NCBI GenBank assembly: GCA_964442965.1
Contig: CAYUBE010000001.1
Span: 3,301 to 67,300 of the forward strand
Direction of reading: 5' to 3'
Source: an uncultured Candidatus Saccharibacteria bacterium
GTDB taxonomy: Bacteria; Patescibacteriota; Minisyncoccia; UBA6257; 2-01-FULL-56-20
Length of the DNA stretch: 64,000 nucleotides
Position numbers and translations under genes: made by a program. Positions 19,541 to 29,096 of the stretch are shown piece after piece; the first letter of the stretch is position 1; each line of letters opens with the position of its first letter. The notes under the pieces are model-generated. The model was not told the DNA's origin and made no database searches. It saw only the letters and a list, made by a program, of their open reading frames with translations.

Positions 19541-20079
19541 GGGATTATCCTGCCGTGAGAGGCTGCATCAGCCATTTCAGTGAATGTTTTTTTGAAGATT
19601 GCAGAGTTGGCCTTGGTGATCTTGCGAAGGACAAATTCCCCGGCTTTTTTTCTGACTCGTTCATCTTTCGGGCGGATGCCGATGCGGATGCGTGTGATAT
19701 TGTCCGTGCCGAGTGCGGTGGTAACGGACTCCGCGCCATGGTGTCCGGCGGCACCGCGCTTGCGGGAAATTTTCCATGTGCCGATCGAAAGATCGCTGTC
19801 GTCATGGAGCAGGATAATATTCTCAGGCGAGACGTTGAATTTCCGGACTGCTTCCCGGACGGCCGCGCCGGATTCGTTCATGAAGGTCAGAGGCCTTACA
19901 AATATCCAATGACTGGTCCGCAGGTAAGAGAAAAGCTTTTTATGAACCTCCCAAGAAAGATTGTCGTTGTCGGAGAGCGCCGTTGCGATCGCCGCGAGCG
20001 CGAGGGCTCCCGCGTTGTGGTACGTATTCTCATATTCAGCGCCCGGGTTACCGAGCCCGACGATCAGATGGACATCCAT
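19537..20079 (-). CDS. pth: peptidyl-tRNA hydrolase
   Basis: LIVGLGNPGAEYENTYHNAG N-terminus. Confidence 0.9.
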   Translation of the reverse strand: MDVHLIVGLGNPGAEYENTYHNAGALALAAIATALSDNDNLSWEVHKKLFSYLRTSHWIFVRPLTFMNESGAAVREAVRKFNVSPENIILLHDDSDLSIGTWKISRKRGAAGHHGAESVTTALGTDNITRIRIGIRPKDERVRKKAGEFVLRKITKANSAIFKKTFTEMADAASHGRIIP

Positions 20080-20140
20080 GGCTTGATTATTCCATAACCG
20101 CCTCTATAATAAAAGGCGAGAGAATGCGAATTTCAGCTTC

Positions 20141-20689
20141 ATGAGAAAATTTTTAGCGTCACTTCTTGAAATCTTTGAGATCGCCGTGATCGCCATCGTC
20201 GCGGTGGTTTTAGTGAGAACCTTTCTCATTCAGCCATTTGCGGTGGTCGGCGATAGCATGCTGCCGAACTTTTCGAGCGGTAATTATGTCTTGGTCGACG
20301 AATTGACCTATCGGATCCGTCCGCCGGAGCGCGGCGAAGTTGTCGTGCTGCACGATCCGGAGGATTACAGCACGTATTTCATCAAGCGGATCATCGGGCT
20401 TCCCGGCGAACGCGTGACGATCGCGAGCGACACGGTGACGGTTTACAACGCGAGCAATCCCGCGGGACTCACGCTCGATGAATCATATCTTCCCCAAGGC
20501 ACCGTGACGTCCGGCAACGAGACCTACACGCTCTCTTCGAGCACCTATTTACTGCTTGGCGATAACCGTCCGGAAAGCTATGACTCGCGGGCATGGGGGC
20601 CTCTCCCAACGAAAGATATCGTAGGGCTCGTCAGGGTCCGGCTGTGGCCGCCGGATGCGGTAACGGCATTCGCAGCACCGAAGTACTAA
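20141..20689 (+). CDS. lepB: signal peptidase I
   Basis: GDSMLPNF catalytic Ser box, GDNR..S.DSR box. Confidence 0.9.
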   Translation: MRKFLASLLEIFEIAVIAIVAVVLVRTFLIQPFAVVGDSMLPNFSSGNYVLVDELTYRIRPPERGEVVVLHDPEDYSTYFIKRIIGLPGERVTIASDTVTVYNASNPAGLTLDESYLPQGTVTSGNETYTLSSSTYLLLGDNRPESYDSRAWGPLPTKDIVGLVRVRLWPPDAVTAFAAPKY

Positions 20690-20697
20690 TCTATTTT

Positions 20698-20753
20698 GTC
20701 ATTCCGGCGAAGGCCGGAATCCCTCCTTATTCTTGATAAATACTTGGATTCTC
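20698..20753 (+). repeat. intergenic repeat family copy 1 (GTCATTCCGGCGAAGGCCGGAATCC...TGGATTC)
   Basis: matches copies at 39412, 60543, 61886(inv). Confidence 0.6.
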
Positions 20754-20798
20754 GCCCGCGCAGGAGCGGCAAAAGTCAATCAGATTCGAATTTCACTC

Positions 20799-22112
20799 AT
20801 GGACCAAAAAGAGAAATCAAAAGAGAAGCCCGAAGCATTTCGGGTTCCCAAGGGGATGCATGACGTCGTTCCTGCAGACGAGCCGTATTGGGAAAAGATA
20901 GAAGGCGCGGTGCGCGCGCTGGCGCGCGCCTACGGCTTCAGCCGTCTCGAGCCGCCGATCATGGAAGATGCCCTGCTCTATAATAAAACCTCCGGCGAGG
21001 AGAGCGATGTCGTCGAAAAGGAGATGTATACTCTGCGGACGAAAGGAGGCGACCTCTTGGCGCTTCGCCCGGAGTATACGCCGGGCATCTGCCGCGCGTA
21101 TCTCGAGCACGGCATGGGCCGCCTGCCACAGCCGCAGAAAATATCCTCATTCGGTCCCTTATTCCGGCACGACCGGCCGCAGCTTGGCCGCAGCCGGCAA
21201 TTCTCCCAGGCTGAGTTCGACATCATCGGCGGGCCGAATGATCCTATCTATGACGCGGAGATCATCACTATCTTTGCCAATCTTCTCGCAGAGCTGAAGA
21301 TAAAGAACCCCGTTCTCAAGATAAATTCGATTGGGGATCGCGTATGCCGGCCGAATTACAAGCGCCAGCTTCAGAACTATTATAAAAATTACGAAAAGGA
21401 GCTCTGCGAGGATTGCGTGCGGCGCCTTAAGAACAACCCGCTGAAACTGCTCGATTGCAAACAGCCGCAGTGCCAGCCGTTCAAGGAAAAGGCGCCGAAT
21501 TTTCTCGACAAACTTTGTTCCGCCTGTAAAGGACATTTCCGGTCGACGCTTGAGTATTTGGAAGAGGTCGGCATTACATACGAGGTCGATCCTCGATTGG
21601 TGCGCGGTCTCGATTACTACAACAGGACCGTGTTTGAATTTTTTACCGGCGATAAGGAAGCGGAAGTCGGGGCTCTGGGCGGCGGCGGACGGTACGATTA
21701 TCTGATGGAAATGATCGGCGGCCACGCGATGCCCGCTGTGGGAACCGCCCTCGGCGTTGAACGTTTGATCGCGGTCATGCGGGCGAAGGGGATTGTCGTT
21801 CCGCCGCGCTCCGTGAAAAGAGTATTTCTCGCACACGCAGGAACGCTTGCAAAAAAGAATGCATTTGCACTTCGTGAAGAGCTTCGCAGGTCGGGTATCT
21901 ACGTCGCGGAAGCACTCGCAAAGGATTCGCTCGGTGCCCAATTGAAGGCGGCGGACAAAGAGGGTGTCGGGATCGCTCTCATCCTTGGACAGAAAGAGGT
22001 CTACGAGAAAAGCGTCATCGTCCGCGATCTTGGCGCCGGCACCCAGGAATCGGTGTTGATTGAAAAAATTGTCGACGAAATAAAAAGAAGACTCAAGAAT
22101 CATGATTCTTGA
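20799..22112 (+). CDS. hisS: histidine--tRNA ligase (start taken at MDQKEKSKEK; ORF opens at 20733)
   Basis: class II aaRS motifs, HisRS-typical core and anticodon-binding domain. Confidence 0.9.
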   Translation: MDQKEKSKEKPEAFRVPKGMHDVVPADEPYWEKIEGAVRALARAYGFSRLEPPIMEDALLYNKTSGEESDVVEKEMYTLRTKGGDLLALRPEYTPGICRAYLEHGMGRLPQPQKISSFGPLFRHDRPQLGRSRQFSQAEFDIIGGPNDPIYDAEIITIFANLLAELKIKNPVLKINSIGDRVCRPNYKRQLQNYYKNYEKELCEDCVRRLKNNPLKLLDCKQPQCQPFKEKAPNFLDKLCSACKGHFRSTLEYLEEVGITYEVDPRLVRGLDYYNRTVFEFFTGDKEAEVGALGGGGRYDYLMEMIGGHAMPAVGTALGVERLIAVMRAKGIVVPPRSVKRVFLAHAGTLAKKNAFALREELRRSGIYVAEALAKDSLGAQLKAADKEGVGIALILGQKEVYEKSVIVRDLGAGTQESVLIEKIVDEIKRRLKNHDS

Positions 22113-22116
22113 GTCT
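22089..22116. promoter_or_regulatory. perfect 28-bp palindrome AGACTCAAGAATCATGATTCTTGAGTCT spanning the hisS stop codon
   Basis: read directly: left half reverse-complements right half exactly; member of GAATC/GATTC motif family. Confidence 0.6.
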
Positions 22117-22138
22117 CGATTCCTGAACCAATTTTCCT

Positions 22139-22558
22139 ATGAACCCCGACTGTCTTTTTTGTAAAATTATCACCAAGACAATTCCCGCAAAGATCGTTTA
22201 CGAGGACGAGCACGTAATCGCTTTTCTCGATATCACACCGCGCGCGCCGGGACATACGATGGTCATTCCGAAATATCATGCGCCGACCCTGATCGCGCTT
22301 CCCGATGGTGAGGTTGCACTGCTTTTCGGCACCGTCAAAAAAACGGCAGCGATGCTTATGTCAGCTCTCCATCCTGACGGCATCACGATCGGCATCAATC
22401 AGGGCCGCGCGAGCGGCCAGGAGGTCGATCATCTGCACGTGCATCTCATGCCGCGCTTCCATGGCGATGGCGGCAGTGCCGTTCAGTCAGTCGTTCATAA
22501 TGTGCCGCAGGAATCGCTCGACGAAATGTGCGAAAAGATAAAAAAAGCACCGCTCTAG
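22139..22558 (+). CDS. HIT-family (histidine triad) hydrolase
   Basis: HLHVHLMPR histidine triad. Confidence 0.85.
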   Translation: MNPDCLFCKIITKTIPAKIVYEDEHVIAFLDITPRAPGHTMVIPKYHAPTLIALPDGEVALLFGTVKKTAAMLMSALHPDGITIGINQGRASGQEVDHLHVHLMPRFHGDGGSAVQSVVHNVPQESLDEMCEKIKKAPL

Positions 22559-22591
22559 AGCGGTGCTTTTTTTATCTCACGATGGCCAGCC

Positions 22592-23386
22592 CTAGAATCC
22601 GAACAGATTCTTAAAGAAATTGCCAATGGTGCTGAAAAGATTGAAATGGGATTTCGGCACCGGAGCGTTCGTTCCGGTCTTGCCGTTCGGGGTTCCGCCT
22701 TGGTCGATGATAGACGATGCGGACACTGACGTATTATCCACCGTTCCCTGTACGATGACATTGTCTCCCTGGGCGACACTTGAAACAGTTGTCGTTGCTC
22801 CATTTTTTATGATCTTGGCGTTCGTTATGTCAACCGTATAGGTCACGTCACTGGCGTTCGTTACGGTGAGCGTCTCGCCGTTGATTGAAGCAACACTACC
22901 GCCTATGACTGGCTCACCATTGCCCTGGATTGGTGACGCTCCCGGTGTTCCCGTCGCAGCGTGCCCGAAGCCATTTCCGGGTGCACCACGCTGTCCCATC
23001 ATTCCGCCCATACCGTCGCGGATCATGGTCGCCGTGACGCTCGTGCCGTTCACCGTGCCTTGCACCATCACCATATCGCCCGTTGCGATGTTCGAAACAG
23101 CAGAGGTCGTTCCGTTTTTCATGACCTTGGCATTCGTCGCGTCAACCGTATAAGTGATCGGTGTGGTCGTTGCGTTCGGCCTCGTTCTTTGGGTGACCGT
23201 GAGCGTATCACCACTCACCGAAGCGACTGTCCCGAAAACGCCGGGCGCCATGCTACCGCGCGTGCCGAAGTGGCCACCGCCCTGCCAGCCCATCGCACCG
23301 CCCTGTGTTGCGGCAAGCACCGGAACAACGATTCCCAAGCTTATTGCAAACCCTGCCATTGCTAACCACGGAAGATATTTTTTCAT
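22592..23386 (-). CDS. secreted protein with two tandem DUF5666-like domains
   Basis: signal peptide; internal duplication (..TLTVT..TYTVD.TNAK..KNG.T..VS....GD.V.VQGTV..TSV.A). Confidence 0.55.
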   Translation of the reverse strand: MKKYLPWLAMAGFAISLGIVVPVLAATQGGAMGWQGGGHFGTRGSMAPGVFGTVASVSGDTLTVTQRTRPNATTTPITYTVDATNAKVMKNGTTSAVSNIATGDMVMVQGTVNGTSVTATMIRDGMGGMMGQRGAPGNGFGHAATGTPGASPIQGNGEPVIGGSVASINGETLTVTNASDVTYTVDITNAKIIKNGATTTVSSVAQGDNVIVQGTVDNTSVSASSIIDQGGTPNGKTGTNAPVPKSHFNLFSTIGNFFKNLFGF

Positions 23387-23599
23387 AATATTTTTTTATT
23401 GTTTTTATACTATTTTCTGAGGTGCCATCAGGCCGACTTGCCCGATGTGCCCTTATAGATACGCACGGGAGACGTAAAAGGTTTCATGTCAGAAATCATA
23501 GGTCAATAATAAAAATATCCGCCGACACGGATTTTTTGCCTAGAAAATGAAGTTTTCTTATTAGACCGAGATTATGCAATACAATGGCTTGCATCGCGT

Positions 23600-23960
23600 A
23601 GCCATAAATAAATGGTGATTACAACAGGATATCTCCTTTATTTGTCCTCTTTCGCTCTGGTGAGCTACGAAGGACGCTTCTTCGTGAGAAGTTTTCAATA
23701 CATGATCCGAAGCGCAAGCTTGAATTGTGCTTGCACTTCGTAGCCCCGTCAGGGGCGAAGAAGTGAGCGGGTAACGGGAGGCGAAGGGGAGCGATCTTTT
23801 TGATTGCTGGAGCGGGTAACGGGAGTCGGACCCGTATCTCGACCTTGGCAAGGTCGCATAATAGCCGCTATACGATACCCGCGGCGAATACTTTGTCATT
23901 CTACTGATTCTTTCAAAAATTTCAACCGGGGCCCGCTTCGAGAGCGTGTTCCATTTGCGG
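23600..23960. ncRNA. candidate structured non-coding RNA region, class unknown
   Basis: ~600 nt without credible CDS; nested hairpins (ACGAAG-gacgctt-CTTCGT; CTTCG-tag-CCCC-gtca-GGGG-CGAAG; AGCGATC-ttttt-GATTGCT); exact 16-nt direct repeat GAGCGGGTAACGGGAG at 23765 and 23810. Confidence 0.25.
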
Positions 23961-23989
23961 GCGGATATCCAAAGATAGATGCCCAATCC

Positions 23990-24235
23990 TTAATTCCCTG
24001 GCGGCGGACCGGACGGACCGTGAATGGTCGGCTGGCTGGTCGGACCGTGGAAATTTACCGGCACGGCCGTTGAAGGATTTATTTTCGACATTGATCCCGC
24101 AGGGAGCGAGCTCGCGGTTGACGTTGCCTGGAGCGTGGCCGACTCCCGGGCGATATGGGTAGAATAATAGAAAAAGCCTGCGAATATCACGGCAAAAATA
24201 AAGACGATGATGAGTGTGATATTTAAGATTTTCAT
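23990..24235 (-). CDS. small hypothetical membrane protein
   Basis: 81 aa, N-terminal TM helix, Pro/Gly-rich tail. Confidence 0.35.
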   Translation of the reverse strand: MKILNITLIIVFIFAVIFAGFFYYSTHIARESATLQATSTASSLPAGSMSKINPSTAVPVNFHGPTSQPTIHGPSGPPPGN

Positions 24236-24289
24236 GGATTTTTTGTTGTGTTGTAGGGTGAATAAGCCGCGTTCCGCAGGCGAATCGAG

Positions 24290-24361
24290 TGCTCTCGAGA
24301 GGAGTCGAACCTCTATCGCAAGATCCGCAATCTTGCGTCCTATCCGTTGAACGACGAGAGC
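24290..24361 (-). tRNA. tRNA-Arg (anticodon GCG)
   Basis: clean cloverleaf on minus strand: acceptor GCTCTCG/CGAGAGC, D-arm GTTC-AACGGATA-GGAC, anticodon arm CAAGA-TTGCGGA-TCTTG, T-arm AGAGG-TTCGACT-CCTCT, disc A; no encoded CCA. Confidence 0.85.
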
Positions 24362-24457
24362 CTATTTCGCTCGCCGCAGTGTTCTAAGGCTGGAATGTTC
24401 TAATGATTTTTTCATTACAACACCACAACACTGGAACATTACGACACATTCACCATA

Positions 24458-24961
24458 TTAGAATCCGATGATTTTTTCAAGAGAGTCGAGAAGCGAAGGG
24501 TCGAACTCGGTTTCGCGCAGGACCGGTTTGAAATTTTTCCTGACCTCTTCGATTTTGGTTTTCGGCAGAAGCACCTTGAGTGGCGTCCGAAGTTTCGCCT
24601 TGAAGGTGAAGTGAAGTTCAGTCCAGTCATCATCCAGCTCGTTGACGCTGAAATTTTCAAAGAGTTTAACCTGGTACCGTTTTGCTTCTCCGATCGAGAG
24701 GTCGTTTTCGGTAAGGGTGAAATTTATGGTAGCCGGTATCTCGTTGCCCCAAGCTATGAGCAGGATTTCGGCGATAACGATGAAGATGCCGAAGAGGAAA
24801 TTCCGTTGCCAGATTGCGAAGGCAATGATGGCGGCGGAAATAATGATGGATATCCAATACCATGAAACACTCTTTGGGCGGTACTCGAATTCCGGAGCTT
24901 GCCAGCTTGTTTCGAACGATGCCATGGGTTGATTATAACATAAAATTAATTCAAAAATCAT
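24458..24961 (-). CDS. hypothetical membrane protein
   Basis: two TM helices then soluble domain; start probably at MASFETSW. Confidence 0.45.
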   Translation of the reverse strand: MIFELILCYNQPMASFETSWQAPEFEYRPKSVSWYWISIIISAAIIAFAIWQRNFLFGIFIVIAEILLIAWGNEIPATINFTLTENDLSIGEAKRYQVKLFENFSVNELDDDWTELHFTFKAKLRTPLKVLLPKTKIEEVRKNFKPVLRETEFDPSLLDSLEKIIGF

Positions 24962-24978
24962 GAATCCTGATTTTCAAA

Positions 24979-25737
24979 TCACGCCCTCGCTGCCGTAAGG
25001 CCGATGATCTTTCGTGCCCCAGCGGCCTTCAGGACGCGTGCCGCTTCTCCGAGTGTCGCGCCGGATGTCGTGACGTCGTCAAGGACGATGACGTCTTTAT
25101 GGCGGACTTCTTCCGGCTTTATGACAGAAAAACACCCGAGGATATTTTGCCGTCGCTCGGTGGCGCTGGTTGTCTCGGTTTGCGGCTTAGTATTTTTGCT
25201 TCGTACCAGAATATCGTTTCTCACTTTGCGGGGCGTGTGTTCGGCGAGGCAGCGTGCGATTTCCTCTGCCTGGTTGAATCCGCGCTGGTTTAGCCGTTTG
25301 CGGGAAAGCGGCAGGGGAATGAGAATAAATTCGCCGGGATCTATTTCGATGTTGCCGAGATAAAGGGCGAGCAGATTTGCGAGTGGTTTCGCCGCGCCCT
25401 TCACGCTGCGGAATTTCAGATGATGGATTAAGAGTTTGAGCGTAGGGTCATCATAAGGACCTGCGGAACCCAAAAGGTAATCGGTGTTACGGTGGCAAAT
25501 TTTTTTGGCTCCGGAATTTTTTCCGGGCAGGCGGGCGCCGCATCGCGCACAAAAAAGCGTTGTATAACGGGGGATCCCGTCAAAACAGGTTTGGCATAAG
25601 ACTCCTTCAATAATTGAGATATCGCATGCAAGACATCGCGGCGGGAAGACGATTTTTAAGATGAAATCAATGCATTTCATGGTATAATAGGGAAACAAGT
25701 TTCTTTTATACATGGACAATCCTTTCAATTTTTTCAA
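24979..25737 (-). CDS. comF: ComF family protein (competence; phosphoribosyltransferase domain)
   Basis: N-terminal CxxC..CxxC zinc finger, PRTase motif VIVLDDVTTSGATL; 5' end may start at a downstream Met to avoid overlap with pilM. Confidence 0.8.
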   Translation of the reverse strand: MKKLKGLSMYKRNLFPYYTMKCIDFILKIVFPPRCLACDISIIEGVLCQTCFDGIPRYTTLFCARCGARLPGKNSGAKKICHRNTDYLLGSAGPYDDPTLKLLIHHLKFRSVKGAAKPLANLLALYLGNIEIDPGEFILIPLPLSRKRLNQRGFNQAEEIARCLAEHTPRKVRNDILVRSKNTKPQTETTSATERRQNILGCFSVIKPEEVRHKDVIVLDDVTTSGATLGEAARVLKAAGARKIIGLTAARA

Positions 25738-26797
25738 GAGGAAAGTTTTTCCTTCTTATCTTGGCGTCGACATCGGCACGACCTCGATCAAGGTTGCCGA
25801 AGTCAGGAATGGCGACGAACAGCCGGAGGTCGTGAATTACGGCATTCTCGAATCAAGCGGATACTTGGCCCGCGAGAACCAGGCGCTTCAAACGAGCAGC
25901 CTCAAAATATTCGAGTCGGAGATCATCGAACTTCTGAAAACGGTCGTCCGCGAAATGGGGACTTCGGCGAAAGATGTTGTCGCCTCGCTGCCGCTCTTCT
26001 CGGCGTTCATTTCGGTACTCGACTTTCCGAGAATGGAGGCGCGGGAGATTGAACATGCGATCGTGTACCAGGCCAAGCAGTATGTGCCCCTGCCGCTTTC
26101 CGAGGTTGCGCTCGACTGGCTGAAGGTTGCCGAATATGAAGATGAAAAAGGATTTTTTCATCAGAAGATACTCCTGATCTCAGTACCGCAGGCGCAGATC
26201 AAGAAATACCAGGCGATGTTTCTCTCGGCTGGCCTCACGTTGCGCGCGCTTGAAATCGAAAGTTTGAGCCTGGCGCGCATTTTGGGGAGTGATCCGACAT
26301 CGACTATGGTCGTCGATATCGGCAGCCGATCGACCAATGCTATTTTTTTGGAAAAAGGAAGCTTGATGTGGGCGACCCAGAGCGATTACGGCGGGGCATC
26401 TCTTACGCAGGCATTGGCGTCAAGCCTCAACATCAATCCGCTTCGCGCCGAAGAGCTCAAGAAGGAGCGGGGGATTCTCGGCACCGGTCCGAGCTATGAA
26501 TTATCCACCATCATGCTTCCTTTTCTTGATGTTATACTGAACGAAGTGAAGAAGGCACAGTTCCTTTACGGCGAGCAGTTCCCGTCCGCGCGCAAGCCGG
26601 AACGGATCATTCTTGCGGGCGGCGGTGCGAATTTGCTCGGCGTCGAGCCCTATGTCGAACGGGCGCTCGGCCTCCCGGTCGTGCGGATCGCCCCCTTTTC
26701 GCGTTTCCGCTTTCCGCCAGCCATGGAGCCGCTCGTCGGTGAACTGAATGCCGTGATGCCGATCGCACTCGGCCTAGGGATAAAAGAGTTCTTATAG
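25712..26797 (+). CDS. pilM: type IV pilus assembly protein PilM
   Basis: actin-like ATPase fold start YLGVDIGTTSIKVAEV. Confidence 0.85.
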   Translation: MDNPFNFFKRKVFPSYLGVDIGTTSIKVAEVRNGDEQPEVVNYGILESSGYLARENQALQTSSLKIFESEIIELLKTVVREMGTSAKDVVASLPLFSAFISVLDFPRMEAREIEHAIVYQAKQYVPLPLSEVALDWLKVAEYEDEKGFFHQKILLISVPQAQIKKYQAMFLSAGLTLRALEIESLSLARILGSDPTSTMVVDIGSRSTNAIFLEKGSLMWATQSDYGGASLTQALASSLNINPLRAEELKKERGILGTGPSYELSTIMLPFLDVILNEVKKAQFLYGEQFPSARKPERIILAGGGANLLGVEPYVERALGLPVVRIAPFSRFRFPPAMEPLVGELNAVMPIALGLGIKEFL

Positions 26798-26873
26798 AAA
26801 GCTACTGGTTGAAAGTTATAAAGTAAAAGTTTGTTTCATTATTTTTTAATCTCCGTTTTATTCACTTTCAACT

Positions 26874-27566
26874 TTGCGCTTTTCACCTTATACTTATCTT
26901 ATGGCACTTCCCCAGCAAGTTGTTGAACAATTAAATCAGGGGTCCAGCCGGACGCCGGGCTGGTCGTCGGGCATCTTGCTTTTTTCAGGAAGTATTTTCT
27001 TTATCGTTCTCCTTACGTACGCCGGCCTGCGATTTGGTTATGAGCCGTATCTGAACGCCCAGCTGTCGTCGCTGGAGGGTCAGGCGCAGAAGGTGGGACA
27101 GTCGGTTTCTCCATCGGACGAGGCGAATCTCCTCACGTTCTATTCGCAGATAACCAACATTCAATCACTGATCAAGAATCATGTTTTCTTTTCGCAGTTT
27201 TTGACATGGCTCGAACGGGTTACCGAGGCGAACGTTTATTATACGAACCTGTCGTTCACGTCCGGCGACCAGGTGACGTTGTCCGGTGTGGCGAAGACAT
27301 CTGCGGACGTCTCGGAACAGGTCGCCGCTTTTGAGGCGGCACCCGAGGTCTCGTCAGTGACGCTTTCGAGTGTCGCTCTCGGATCTTCCCTGAATGCATG
27401 GAATTTTAATGTCGTGCTGACCATGCAGCCGTCCGTTTTTCTGTGGACGCCAGGCACGGCGGCGGCGGGGGCTGTGTCTCCGCCAAAATCTGTTGCGGCG
27501 CCCGCAATCACAGCTCCGGCTATTCCCACTGTCGCACCGGGACCAGTGAGTACTACCACGCCATGA
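26874..27566 (+). CDS. PilN-like pilus assembly protein
   Basis: single N-proximal TM helix then periplasmic domain, positioned after pilM. Confidence 0.55.
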   Translation: MRFSPYTYLMALPQQVVEQLNQGSSRTPGWSSGILLFSGSIFFIVLLTYAGLRFGYEPYLNAQLSSLEGQAQKVGQSVSPSDEANLLTFYSQITNIQSLIKNHVFFSQFLTWLERVTEANVYYTNLSFTSGDQVTLSGVAKTSADVSEQVAAFEAAPEVSSVTLSSVALGSSLNAWNFNVVLTMQPSVFLWTPGTAAAGAVSPPKSVAAPAITAPAIPTVAPGPVSTTTP

Positions 27567-28177
27567 AACAAAGCTCAAAACGGATCGCAAGCGTTCTTCT
27601 GGCCTTTCTTTTTATTCTCGCAGCCTTTGTTTTCTTTTTCGATCTTTTGCGGCCGGCATACAGTGACGCGAAGGCTTTGCAAAGCCAGCAGCTTGGCGAG
27701 GCAACGTATCTTAAAAATCAGACCACGCTCGTAGGGCAGGTACAGGCTACCCTCAATACCTATCAGAACGAGGCGCAGGAAGCGGCGAATGTGGGCCTTG
27801 CCATGCCGTCAGGCGAGGACATCGCCGGCGCGCTTGCCCAGATTCAGGGGATTGCGGCGAACAACAATATTTCCATAAACAACATTTCCGTAACGCCCCC
27901 CGAGATCCAGATTCAGACAACTGCCGGCACCGCGGATGCGTCTTCTTCGGATCTTCTAAAACCCCTCGGCAGTTTCACCTTCAAGCTTGCGGCGTCGGGG
28001 AGTTATGAAAGTTTCCAGAATTTTCTCTCGGAACTGGAGACCAACATCAGGATATTTGACGTGAAAACCGTTTCGATTCAGCCCGCCGTTGCTGTGGCGG
28101 CCGGCGCGAAATCCGTACCCTCACCCGACGCCTTCAATTACGCGGTAACGGTTGCAACGTATTACCAAACGCAATAA
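27563..28177 (+). CDS. PilO-like pilus assembly protein (start at MKQSSKR; ATGA overlap with pilN)
   Basis: TM helix + coiled-coil/periplasmic domain; gene order pilM-N-O. Confidence 0.5.
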   Translation: MKQSSKRIASVLLAFLFILAAFVFFFDLLRPAYSDAKALQSQQLGEATYLKNQTTLVGQVQATLNTYQNEAQEAANVGLAMPSGEDIAGALAQIQGIAANNNISINNISVTPPEIQIQTTAGTADASSSDLLKPLGSFTFKLAASGSYESFQNFLSELETNIRIFDVKTVSIQPAVAVAAGAKSVPSPDAFNYAVTVATYYQTQ

Positions 28178-28481
28178 ATTCATGGCTATCATCGTTGAAG
28201 AAGAAAAAAAGAGCAATAACATCCTTGCACTCCTGGGGTGGGTCGTCGTACTTGCGATCATTGTGGCGGCCGTTTATTACGTCTTTTTTGTCGAACCTCC
28301 CTCGGCCATTATTCTGCCAACGGGAAATTTGCAGAGCGTCGGTTCTCTTCCTGCGACGGCGGTAAGTCCGCAGGACGTGGTGAATAATGAAGAGTTTCAG
28401 GCGCTCCAGCAATATGTTGCGGAGCCGACGTCAACGGGCCCGGTTTCCGTGGGACGCCAGAATCCGTTCATCGCGCCATAA
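28152..28481 (+). CDS. small membrane protein (possible pilus-associated PilP-like)
   Basis: 109 aa, one TM helix, follows pilO. Confidence 0.35.
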   Translation: MQRITKRNKFMAIIVEEEKKSNNILALLGWVVVLAIIVAAVYYVFFVEPPSAIILPTGNLQSVGSLPATAVSPQDVVNNEEFQALQQYVAEPTSTGPVSVGRQNPFIAP

Positions 28482-28559
28482 AAGTGAATCAGGATTTATG
28501 AACCAAGATTCAAGAGCAAATCATTCCTGAGTCTTGGTTCATGATTCCTGAATCTATTT

Positions 28560-29054
28560 TTGACTATGATAATTTCGCTCATCGCAGCAGCGGGGGACGG
28601 CAATAATGCCATCGGTTTCGAGGGGAAGATTCCATGGCATCTGCCGGCCGATTTTAGGCACTTCAAGGAACTTACGCTTGGCCATCCGGTCATCATGGGA
28701 CAGAAAACGTTTGAGTCCATCGGAAAGCCGCTTCCCGACAGGAAGAATATCGTCATCACGAACAATGCCGAGTATCGCGCCGAAGGCTGCCTAGTGGCGC
28801 ATTCACTTGAAGAAGCGCTTGCGGCGACGAAGGACGCAGATGAGGTTTTTGTCATTGGCGGCGGACAGATATATCACCTTGCGTTACCTGAAGCCCGAAA
28901 AATATATCTTACTAGAGTACATGGAACATTCAACGGAGACACGTTTTTCCCGGCTATCGATGAGAACGAATGGCGCCTCGTGAGCTCCGAACCGCACTTC
29001 AAGGACGAAAAGAATCCGTTCGACTACACGTTTTGCGTCTACGAAAGAAAATAG
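28560..29054 (+). CDS. folA: dihydrofolate reductase
   Basis: MIISLIAA..NAIG..G.IPWHLPADFRHFKELTLGHPVIMGQKTFESIG. Confidence 0.9.
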   Translation: MTMIISLIAAAGDGNNAIGFEGKIPWHLPADFRHFKELTLGHPVIMGQKTFESIGKPLPDRKNIVITNNAEYRAEGCLVAHSLEEALAATKDADEVFVIGGGQIYHLALPEARKIYLTRVHGTFNGDTFFPAIDENEWRLVSSEPHFKDEKNPFDYTFCVYERK

Positions 29055-29096
29055 AATTTTAGAAACTTTTCATCTCCCGCTTGATAGCATGTTTCC

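Noticed and set aside
23600-23960. Assigning the structured region as RNase P RNA or SRP RNA
   Set aside because: The universal P4 (AGGAAAGUCCGGGCUCC-like) and SRP helix-8 (GGAAGGAAGCAGC-like) motifs could not be found on either strand. Only a weak GGUAACG resemblance exists.
23561-23986. 141-aa minus-strand ORF in the long non-coding stretch
   Set aside because: Low-complexity Ser/Arg/Pro-rich translation. It overlaps strongly structured, repeat-bearing sequence and resembles no protein family.
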